NCBI RefSeq assembly: GCF_006345805.1
Contig: NW_021827100.1
Location: forward strand, 1 to 11,077
DNA length: 11,077 bases
Direction: 5' to 3'
From: Octopus sinensis
Taxonomy: Eukaryota
The position numbers and the translations under genes are program-made. How positions within the stretch are numbered: position 1 is the stretch's first letter; the number at the start of each line of letters is the position of its first letter. Below the pieces are notes generated by a model. It did no database searches, was not told the DNA's origin, and saw nothing but the letters and a program-made list of their open reading frames with translations. Below, piece after piece: positions 1 through 8,353 of this stretch.

Positions 1-127
1 TTGAAAATTTTAGCACAAGGCCAGCAATTTCGTCGGAGCAGCTTAGTCGATTACATCGACCCCTATACTGATAGGGATTTATTGTATCGATCCCGAAAAG
101 ATGAAACGTAAAGTTAGCACGGCGAAA
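1..127 (-). mobile_element. SINE family 2 fragment (diverged, cut by window edge)
   Basis: Reverse complement reads ...ctttacgtttcatcttttcgggatcgata...ggggtcgatgtaatcgactaag, which aligns by eye to the body of the element at 8531-8714 (ctttgcctttcattctttcggggtcgata...ggggtcgatgtaatcgactta). Confidence 0.75.
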
Positions 128-299
128 CAGTACCACATGTATTATTAACATTACTGCTTATTCTACGACGTCTACTGATATTTCAGTTACTAATATTATT
201 GTTGCTACTACTGCGGCCACTGCTGCTGTCGCTGTTGCTATTGCTGTTATCGATGCAACTAAGAAAGTCCCTACAAGATCGAAGTTCTTTAATCTAGAT

Positions 300-810
300 G
301 AAGAGCTTAGAGGCAAATAAACAAAGGGGAGAAAGAGAAAAGACAGGAGAAGAAGAAGGAGGAGGAGAAAAAGAAAAAAGAAATGGTAGGAAGAGGAGGG
401 AAAAAGAAAGAGAAAAGGAAGGAAAATGAGAAGCAGAAGGGGATTAGATGTAGAGAAGGAGAAGAAGAAGAAATCAGGAAAAATAAGGCGGAGGAGAAAA
501 GAAACGAGAGGAAGAGAAGGAAAAAGAAAGAGAAAAGGAAGGAAAAGGCGAAGCAGAAGGAGGATAGTGGTAGAGGAGGGGGTACAAAAGAAGAAGAAGA
601 AGATGATGATGATGAAGAAGAAGAAGAAAACAGGAAAAATATGATGGAGGAGAAAAGAAACGGAGGAAGAGGAGTAAAGAGAAAGAAAAAGGAGGAAAAT
701 GAGAAGCAGAAGGAGGAGTAGATGAGGAGGAGGAGGAAGAAGAGGAGAAGAAGAAGAAGAAGAAGAAGCAAATGATTATAATAGCGACGACGACAACAAC
801 AGTGATGTTA

Positions 811-841
<31 letters not shown>

Positions 842-870
842 CAACAACGATGACGAAAAGAAAAAGATGG
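300..870 (+). repeat. Polypurine (GAA/GAG/GAT) low-complexity tract with three degenerate ~130-156 bp units
   Basis: Almost purine-only + strand. The motif ggaggagaaaa(a)gaaa...gaagcagaagg recurs starting at 361, 490 and 646, then grades into (GAT)n/(CAA)n at ~815-850. Confidence 0.85.
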
Positions 871-1259
871 TGGAAAATTTCCATTGAAAATTGTTAGAAT
901 TAGTTGTGTCCATTTTGAAAGAGGAAGTCACGATTAACATAACGAACGTGATTTCCGGCATGAGTCGAATAAGTAAAAAGAAGCAAAAAGTAGCCAATTG
1001 AAAGGAATTGATGGTTTTAAAGATGTAGAACAGAGGAGAAGAGAATTCCGGAGCTACCAAAACGAAGATTTGACATGACGTTTCGAAAATACAATACAGG
1101 ATTGTAAACATTCGCTTTTCAATGCGTTGATACAAAATGGCTGCTGTAGAAGATATTTCACGCATCCCCTTATGCTAAAATATCTAGAAGACAAGTCACA
1201 ACAATCAGGCTCGCCGGGTACGCTACGTCTAAGACGCATCGCCGCTGTAGCTTCTGCTG

Positions 1260-1401
1260 TTGGTGGTGGTGGTGGTGGTGGTGGTGGTGGTAGTAGTAGT
1301 AGTAGCAGTAGTATTAGTATTAGTAGTAGTAGTAGTAGTAGTATAGTGTAGTGGTGGTGGTGGTGGTGGTTGGTGGTGTAGGTGGTGGTAGTATAGTAGT
1401 T

Positions 1402-1437
<36 letters not shown>

Positions 1438-1476
1438 TAGAAGTAGTAGTAGTAGTAGTAGTAGTTAGTAGTAGTA

Positions 1477-1508
<32 letters not shown>

Positions 1509-1750
1509 TGTTGTTTTGGTGGTGCTGATGGTAGTATTGAGGGTGGCGCCAGTTATAATCGCGAAAGTAGTGGTGGTGGTGATAGTTGTTACCGTATGTT
1601 TGTAGTAGTGGTTGCCGTGTTGCTATTGGTGGTAATGGTAGTAATCAGAGAAGCGTTGTAGGTGGTAGTAATTAGTAGTAGTAGTAGTGGTTTAGTGACT
1701 GTGATAGTTGTGCTGTAGGTAGATTTTGTAGTAGTAGTAGTAGTAGTAAT
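1260..1750 (+). repeat. Compound (GGT)n/(AGT)n trinucleotide microsatellite block, partly degenerate
   Basis: Long runs of ggt and agt/gta repeats are directly visible, with short diverged islands. Confidence 0.95.
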
Positions 1751-1760
1751 AGCAGCAAAT

Positions 1761-2148
1761 GGAGGCGCAATGGCCCAATGGTTGGGGCAGCGGACTCGCG
1801 GTCGGAGGATCGCGGTTTCGATTCCCAGACCGGGCGTTGTGTGTGTTTATTGAGCGAAAACACCTAAAGCTCAACGATGCTCCAGCAGGGGGCGGTGGCG
1901 ACCCCTGTTGTACTCTTTCGCTCCAGCTTTCTCTCACTCTTTCTTCCTGTTTCTCGTTCCCGACTTCCTACGCCACCGCTGAGCCTGGACGCGCATTCAC
2001 CCATCCGTCGATGCTCTCGGTGTCGGGTGTGGACCTGCTTTCTCTTCTGCAGGTCTTAAGAATAGCGAAAGACCACGTTTCGGACTTCTCCCATCTTGCG
2101 AGCTCTGGGACGAAGACCGTTCGCTCAACAGCAACAGCAGCAGCAGCA
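1761..2148 (+). mobile_element. tRNA-derived SINE (family 3), apparently full length
   Basis: Pol III A-box-like TGGCCCAATGG (1771-1781) and B-box-like GGTTTCGATTCCC (1814-1826). CpG-rich non-coding body and a (CAA/CAG)n tail at 2126-2148. AGCAGCA occurs on both sides (1751-1757, 2142-2148), a possible TSD. Confidence 0.75.
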
Positions 2149-2211
2149 TAGATGCTAGATAGACGATTCCATCGAAACACGTATGACAGTCCTTGAAATA
2201 CATAGAAGACA

Positions 2212-2386
2212 TTGCGTAACGTGATTCTTTCTTTATGCGTAACGTGAAAATATAAATAGGCCTTGTTGCGTAACGTGATTCTTTCTTTATTATGTTTTGA
2301 AAAATTAAATAATATAAATAGGCTCGTTGGGTAACGTGAATCTTTCTTTATTATGTTTTGAAAAATAAAATAATATAAATAGGCCT
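2212..2386. repeat. ~61-bp minisatellite, three copies
   Basis: Units start at 2212, 2266 and 2327 (ttg(c/g)gtaacgtga(t/a)tctttcttta...aatataaataggc). Copies 2 and 3 are nearly identical. Confidence 0.9.
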
Positions 2387-2575
2387 CTAGGTTGACGCAG
2401 GACATCCAAGATATTGCAACTCATTTTTCTCAATTTCTATTTGCCCGCCTTTAGAAAACATAATGGAGTCCTCGATACACAAACATTGAAAATTGGGGAA
2501 GCTGTATCTGAAATCATTAGGTCTACACAAACAATTCCTTGCGATTGGGCTAAATAAACACCCTGAGCAAAACTA

Positions 2576-2881
2576 TATCTATATGTGTGTGTGTATGAGT
2601 GTGTGTGTGTGTGCGAGTGTGATTCTGTGTGTGTGTGTGATTGTGTGCGTAGATACAAAGATAGATAGATAGGTAGGTATGCATGTGTGTATATATATAA
2701 TATATATAAGTGTACTTGTTTGTGTTTGATTTTGTGCGTGTGTGTGTGCGACGAGAGAGAAAGGAGGGTGTGTAACTGCGAGTGTATATATGCCTGTTTA
2801 TATACACACACGAGTATATATGGAACATATGCATATCTATCTATAGATCTATCTATTTATCTATCTATCCGTCTATCTGTG

Positions 2882-2931
<50 letters not shown>

Positions 2932-2932
2932 A
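2576..2932. repeat. Compound (GT)n/(GATA)n/(AT)n microsatellite region
   Basis: Direct inspection. Confidence 0.9.
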
Positions 2933-2934
2933 AT

Positions 2935-3310
2935 CTTGCTAACCAACCACATGGTTCCGGGTTCAGTCCCACTGCGTGGCATCTTGGGCAAGTGTCTTCT
3001 GATATGGCCTCGGGCCGACCAAAGCCTTGTGAGTAGATTTGGTAGACGGAAACTGAAAGAAGCCTGTCGTATATATGTATTTGTGCGTGTGTGTATATGT
3101 TTGTGTGTCTGTGTTTGTCCCTCTAGCATCGCTTGACAACCGGTGCTGGTATGTTTACGTCCCCGCCACTTAGCGGTTCGGCAAAAGAGACCAATAGAAT
3201 AAGTACTGGGCTTACAAAGAATAAGTCCTGGGGTCGACTTGCTCGACTACAGGTAGTGCTCCAGCTTGGCCGCAGTCAAATGACTGAAAGAAGTAAAAGA
3301 GTAAAAGAGT
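2935..3310 (+). mobile_element. tRNA-derived SINE family 1, missing the 5'-most part of the head
   Basis: Near-identical to 5764-6178. Contains the B-box GGTTCAGTCCC, a CORE-like segment (ttgggcaagtgtctt), a central (TA/TG)n spacer, a 3' stem-loop cagtca-aa-tgactg and a (GTAAAAGA)n tail. Confidence 0.9.
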
Positions 3311-3334
3311 ATATGTATATGTATATGTATACAT

Positions 3335-3392
<58 letters not shown>

Positions 3393-3432
3393 TATATATA
3401 TTATATATATACTCGTATATGTATACATGTAC
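3311..3432. repeat. (TATATG)n/(CA)n/(AT)n microsatellite
   Basis: Direct inspection. Confidence 0.9.
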
Positions 3433-3718
3433 ATAAACGAAATAAATCGATGTTTTTCAGTACATTGCTATTTGAATGGAAGCAGACAAGAATTCCGGTA
3501 CACCGCAGTACAGTATAGTACAGTGACGTCTCAGGCATACACTCCATCGCTATGTGAACAAAAAGAATCGCCTGTTTACTGCATGTTCTTAGATATTAAC
3601 TCACAGAAATTTCATTAAGACAGAAGCAATTAACTATTGATTGTACATTCTCTCATCTCCCACTATCACTCACCAGACAACACATAGACACACCTACATT
3701 TCACTTTCTATCTTTCTG

Positions 3719-3720
3719 TT

Positions 3721-3756
<36 letters not shown>

Positions 3757-3757
3757 T
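3719..3757 (+). repeat. (TTTC)n microsatellite
   Basis: About 9 near-perfect TTTC units. Confidence 0.95.
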
Positions 3758-3879
3758 TCATACCACCTACATACGTCCAAACGCCATTTTTTTTTTGTTA
3801 TTTCGTCTCCTCTCTTTTATGTACGAATACATCCGCATTAATAGAAGTACTTGATGTATGTATGTTTACACACAAGGAC

Positions 3880-4058
3880 ACACACACACACACATACACA
3901 CACATACACACACATACACTCACACACACACACACACACACTCACACACACATACACACATACACACACGCAGACACACATGTGCATGCGCACACAAATA
4001 TACGAACATCTATAAATAATAAATATGAATGTATAAATATATATGTATATGTATATAG

Positions 4059-4089
<31 letters not shown>

Positions 4090-4434
4090 TATATATATAT
4101 ATACATATGTGTGTGTGTGTGTATGAATATGTATATGAATGAATGCACATACGCACATGTGTGTGTGTGTGCATGCAAGTATGCAGAAGGATATTTCTAT
4201 AACAATCGGTATTCATATATTCACACACACACATATATATATACACACATACGTTACATAATATATATATATATATATATAGATATATAGGTAGATAAGT
4301 AGATAGATATTTAGGATGATAAATATATGATAGTATACATACACGTATATATGTATATATATATTATATTATATATGTATATATATACAGATATATATGT
4401 ATATATGTATATATATATATATATTATATATATC

Positions 4435-4485
<51 letters not shown>

Positions 4486-4617
4486 TATATATATATACGT
4501 GTATGTATAACTATCATATATTTATCTTCCTAAATATCTATCTATCTAACTGATTATATATATATATATATATTATTATAAGTAAATAGATATTTAGGAA
4601 GATAAATATATGATAGT

Positions 4618-4665
<48 letters not shown>
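3880..4665. repeat. Compound (CA)n/(AT)n/(TG)n microsatellite field containing an inverted triplication
   Basis: Direct inspection. Unique arms at 4300-4352, 4491-4544 (inverted) and 4586-4621. Confidence 0.9.
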
Positions 4666-4669
<4 letters not shown>

Positions 4670-4700
4670 CGCAGCTCTGAGCTGAAACAAGAAATAAATA
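4665..4700 (+). mobile_element. Very short 3'-end fragment of a family-1-like SINE or its partner LINE
   Basis: atggccgcagctctgagctgaaacaag matches the family-1 3' end (catggccgcagtcaaatgactgaaacaag) on both sides of the stem-loop. Confidence 0.55.
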
Positions 4701-5610
4701 TATATAGACATGACATATATTAGAACTGTATGACATATATAGTATATATATATAATGTGTAAATAAACATATATGTGAGGTACATATGTTCTATGTGTTT
4801 AATGTGTTTATGTACAAAATTTGCTTCACAAATACATCCGCATTAATAGAAGTACATGAATGTATGTTTACACACAACGACACGCACGTAACATACACAC
4901 ATACACGGGCACACACTCACACACAGATATGCGAATATGTGTGTGTGTATGTGTTGGTGTGTGTGTTTGTGTGTTTGTGTTCATATTAGGTAAACCTATG
5001 AATGTGACTTCCCGTATTCTCTGTTATTGTATATATTTATCTAAGATCTTTGCGTAATTTTAAAATTATTATAGCAAATTATAAAATGAAATATCATGCT
5101 CAATTTTATTTGCAGCCATCTTTTTTTGTTTTTAGATCTAAAATAAATGTAATTATAGCCAATATAATTTAGAAGACATCATTTTTAAGAATTTTATTTT
5201 TAATTTGCATAAAGACAACACTACATCGTACAGAAGCTAACTGAAAGTCAACAAAATGGTGTTAGTTACGATTTCATTCGTAATTAATTTGATGCTAATG
5301 TGTTAATTTATATTCATAATTATTTTTGTATTTTTCATACAAAAAAAACTATTAAACTTTCAACGAATATATATATATATTTTTTCTTTTGACCTATAAG
5401 TTTTTGGCCAATTTGCACCGCAGCCAATTTGTGTTCGTCGAGTAAATTTTACTATACAAGTCTTTCAACTGATTTGCTTTCGGCAAACCCAATGAATTTC
5501 AACCCAAATGAATTTCTGTGAATATATTTCCCTTAAATGTTCCCCATATTGACGTGTCTTCCAAATAGTTCGGAATTCTTGGAATTAGCTTATTTCAAAA
5601 TGCTTCAGTT

Positions 5611-5760
5611 ACATGGTTCCCGATCAGTCCGACTACCTGGTACTTTTGGCGTGTGTCTTCTGCTATAACCCTAGGCCAACGAAAATCACATAAGGGGAAT
5701 TAGTAGACCGAAACTGAAAGAAGACCGTCGTCACATAGTGTGTATGTGTATGTATATGTA
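5611..5760 (+). mobile_element. Old family-1 SINE, 5' half (interrupted by a younger copy)
   Basis: acatggttcccgatcagtccga...gtgtcttctgctataaccctaggcc...tagtagaccgaaactgaaagaagaccgtcg is a diverged match to the family-1 5' half and ends in the (TG/TA)n spacer. Confidence 0.75.
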
Positions 5761-5763
5761 TAT

Positions 5764-6178
5764 AGGCGCATGAGTGGCTGTGTGGTAAGTAGGTTGTTTA
5801 CCAACCACATGGTTCCGGGTTCAGTCCCACTGCGTGGCACTTTGGGCAAGTGTCTTCTACTATAGCCTCGGGCCGACCAAAGCTTTGTGAGTGGATTTAG
5901 TAGACGGAAACTGAAAGAGGCCCGTCGCATATATGTATGTATATAGATATATATGTGTGCGTGTATGTTTGTGTTTGTCCCCCTAGCATTGCTTGACACC
6001 AATGCTGGTGTGTTTATGTCCCCGTCACTTAGCGGTTCGGCAAAAAGGAACCTATAGTATAAGTACTGGGCTTACAAAAGAATAAGTCCCGGGGTCGAGT
6101 TCCTCGATTAAAGGCTGTGCTCCAGCATGGCCGCAGTCAAATGACTGAAACAAGTAAAAGAGTAAAAGAGTAAAGAGT
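5764..6178 (+). mobile_element. tRNA-derived SINE family 1, full-length young copy
   Basis: A-box-like TGGCTGTGTGG (5775-5785), B-box GGTTCAGTCCC (5818-5828), CORE-like segment, spacer, 3' stem-loop (6134-6147) and (GTAAAAGA)n tail. Possible TSD GTATATGT at 5752-5759 and 6177-6184 (within microsatellite, so ambiguous). Confidence 0.92.
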
Positions 6179-6370
6179 ATATGTGTTTGTGTGTTTGTTC
6201 CCGATCACCACTTGGCAACCGGTGTTGGTCTATTTACGTTCCCGTAACTTATCGCTGGAATTAGTACCAAACTACAAAATAAGTACTGGAGTCGATTTCT
6301 TCGACTAGACCTTTGAAGGCGGTGCATCAAACATGGCCGGAGTCTAATGACCAAAGCAAGTAAAAGATAA
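6179..6370 (+). mobile_element. Old family-1 SINE, 3' half
   Basis: Resumes at the spacer (gtgtttgtgtgtttgttccc...ttggcaaccggtgttggt...aataagtactggagtcgatttcttcgacta...catggccggagtctaatgacc...agtaaaagataa) and is collinear with the family-1 3' half. Confidence 0.75.
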
Positions 6371-6492
6371 ATTTTTATTCTACCTTAAGACTAAAAGTAT
6401 TTCTTGTGCATGGAGGTGGAATTTCTTTGAAATTCTTCGATCTATTTTAGGAAATTCCTTGAAGTTCTATGAATATCCTTGCTGATGAATAT

Positions 6493-6863
6493 TTAATATT
6501 CTCCCTTCCGAACTTCTCTGTTTAGTGTCAAATATTCTTTGTTGTTTAAACGAATTTCTCCGGGGATTGAAATTGTTCGTAAAGTTCTCTTTTCCTCGTA
6601 ATTAGTAACAAAAAAGGACGCTAAATTGTCAACTGAATCTTGTACACTTGCTGTATTTTATTTATTTATTTATTTATTATTTATTTATTTAAGAACTCAA
6701 CTGCACTTTTACCTGTAATTTCAATACATACCACTTTGATGCTTTTCTGTCTTTCCTCTTATTTTCTAAACTGTACAATTTTTCCGAATATTTCCATCCC
6801 TTCATGCCTTTATTCAACACTATCTGAAGTCTTATAAAATTCGTCATTTCTACTTCTTCGCAT
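6493..6863 (-). pseudogene. Possible decayed coding remnant (unidentified; perhaps retroelement ORF1-like)
   Basis: After removing the 62-nt insert 6651-6712, one frame reads MRRSRNDEFYKTSDSVE*RHEGMEIFGKIVQFRK*EERQKSIKVVCIEITASVQDSVDNLASFFVTNYEEKRTLRTISIPGEIRLNNKEYLTLNREVRKGEY*. It has two internal stops and no motif I recognise with certainty. Confidence 0.3.
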
Positions 6864-7086
6864 GGTTTTGTCTTATCTCTTCATTTACATAATTACAAAT
6901 AATTGTCCTTCTGATACGCTTTACGCTCCTCTCTAATAAACACTTCTTGACGCTAGCAAAGCTAGTTGTGTCTTCTCATAGCTTTAACTTCCAACTTCTC
7001 TATCTTTCTCCTGTCTTCTTTTCCTTAGAACTTTTTATATCATTATTCTTTCCATTCGTCTCTAGTGTGTCTTTCTACTTCAAATG

Positions 7087-7325
7087 TTTACTCTCTTTTA
7101 CTCTTTCACTTGTTTCAGTCATTTGACTGCGGCCATGCTGGAGCACCGCCTTTAATCGAGCAATTCGACCCCAGTACTTATTCTTTTGTAAGCCCAGTAC
7201 TTAATCTATCGGTCGCTTTTGCCGAACCGCTAAGTAACGGGGACATAAACATACCAGCATCGGTTGTCAAGCAATGCTAGGGGGACAAACACAGACACAC
7301 AACACACACACGCATATATATATAT

Positions 7326-7373
<48 letters not shown>

Positions 7374-7545
7374 TATATACGACGGGCCTCTTTCAGTTTC
7401 CGTCTACCAAATCCACTCACAAGGCATTGGTCGGCCCGGGGCTATAGCAGAAGACACTCGCCCAAGGTGCCACGCAGTGGGACTGAACCCGGAACCATGT
7501 GGTTAGTAAACAAGCTACTTACCACACAGCCACTCCTGCGCCTAT
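7087..7545 (-). mobile_element. tRNA-derived SINE family 1, full-length young copy, reverse orientation
   Basis: Reverse complement matches 5764-6178 end to end, with an expanded (AT)n spacer at 7314-7379. Possible 6-bp TSD ATGTTT at 7084-7089 and 7544-7549. Confidence 0.92.
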
Positions 7546-7620
7546 GTTTCTCGATATCTTTCCATTTTCATCACGCTGTTTCTCAGTTTTATTTTTCAAT
7601 CACTATCATTCTATTTCTCA

Positions 7621-7830
7621 CTTTATTTCTTAATAACTTGTTTCAGTCATTAGGCTGGTTCCATGCTGTGGTAACACCTTGAAGGACATTTAATCGAATA
7701 GACCCCAGTACTTATTTTATCGGTCATTTGTTGCCAAAACGCTAAGTGATGGTGACATAAGCAAAGCAACACCGGTTCCCAAGTGGTGGTGTGGGACAAA
7801 ATGCAGACAAACACACACACACTTACATAT
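7621..7830 (-). mobile_element. Old family-1 SINE, 3' portion (host of nested insertions)
   Basis: cttgtttcagtcattaggctggttccatgc...gaccccagtacttatt...cgctaagtgatggtgacataagc...gggacaaaatgcagacaaacacacac is a diverged match to 7108-7310. Confidence 0.75.
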
Positions 7831-8343
7831 TCAAGCCGGGATTCAAGCCTCTTCTCCTTATCTCCTCAAAGACATACATCATCTCGAAAGAGTCCAGAAG
7901 CTGGCTACCCGCATGGTTCTTGGTCCCATGCATTTGTCTTATGAAGAAAGGCTGAAGATGCTCGACCTTTATTCTCTAGAAAAACGACGACGCCGTGGTG
8001 ATCTCAGTCTTGCTCACAACATCATAAGCGGAAAGTGTAACCTCTCGAAAGAGCTGTTCGTCACTCCTGCTCCAGTGAGTCGGCTGCGGAGTCACTCCGA
8101 AAAGCTCTATCTGCGAAGATTTCCTCTCAATCGAAGGAGAGGGGCTTTCTCAGTCCGGGTTGCGGATCCGTGGAATAAGCTGCCGGACGAGATAGTGAAG
8201 ATGCCGACGACCGCTCGGTTCAAAGTCTCTCTTGACCAGAAATGGCCTGAACTCTTTGCATGAACACCCTCCCTGTACATAACTCCACGTCCCCCCTACA
8301 TGGCCTTGCTTTTTGCTTTTTGAGCCAAAAAAAACTTAACTTA
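7831..8343 (+). mobile_element. 5'-truncated CR1-clade LINE (ORF2 C-terminus, 3' UTR and (CTTAA)n tail)
   Basis: Perfect 10-bp TSD ACTTACATAT at 7821-7830 and 8344-8353. Contains the ORF2 remnant listed separately, and the tail aaaaaaaacttaacttaactta. Confidence 0.92.
7838..8263 (+). pseudogene. C-terminal remnant of CR1/L2-type LINE ORF2 (post-RT region)
   Basis: Reads GIQASSPYLLKDIHHLERVQKLATRMVLGPMHLSYEERLKMLDLYSLEKRRRRGDL...RRGAFSVRVADPWNKLPDEIV...FKVSLD. This matches the established CR1-type signature SPYxxKDIxxLERVQRxATR...LSYEERLxxLxLxSLEKRRxRGDL...FSxRVxxxWNxLP. The frame is open but 5'-truncated, so non-functional. Confidence 0.92.
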
Positions 8344-8353
8344 ACTTACATAT

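Noticed and set aside
307-884. Overlapping K/E/R-rich and F/S/L-rich ORFs (307..771, 383..721, 426..644, 474..884)
   Set aside because: A purine-only strand and its complement lack stop codons by composition, so these are low-complexity read-through.
1764-1836. tRNA gene (Arg-like) at the family-3 head
   Set aside because: Only A/B boxes are recognisable. I cannot fold a proper cloverleaf, and it continues into a SINE body and tail.
1431-1937. Poly-V/S/L/Y ORFs
   Set aside because: Translations of (GTA)n/(GGT)n repeats and the SINE head.
2399-2566. Short + frame ...FRKHNGVLDTQTLKIGEAVSEIIRSTQTIPCDWAK* after a pyrimidine-rich AG, with AATAAA at the stop
   Set aside because: Could be a terminal exon, but it is short, has no recognisable motif and has no partner exon.
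3450-3618. Possible exon after tgtttttcag, with a CRE-like TGACGTCT nearby
   Set aside because: No recognisable peptide, weak donor, and short motifs are expected by chance.
2437-4290. H/T/Y/I/C/V-rich ORFs (2437..2811, 2550..2834, 2687..3136, 3133..3618, 3838..4158, 3862..4290 etc.)
   Set aside because: Dinucleotide microsatellite and SINE translations; such frames are common false gene models.
5391-5520. Clustered CCAAT motifs and a short cccaa(a)tgaatttc duplication as a promoter
   Set aside because: No downstream gene or other support; common in AT-rich DNA.
6440-6510. Degenerate CCHC zinc knuckle after ...GEY* on the - strand
   Set aside because: It would require all four ligand codons to be mutated plus a frameshift; too speculative.
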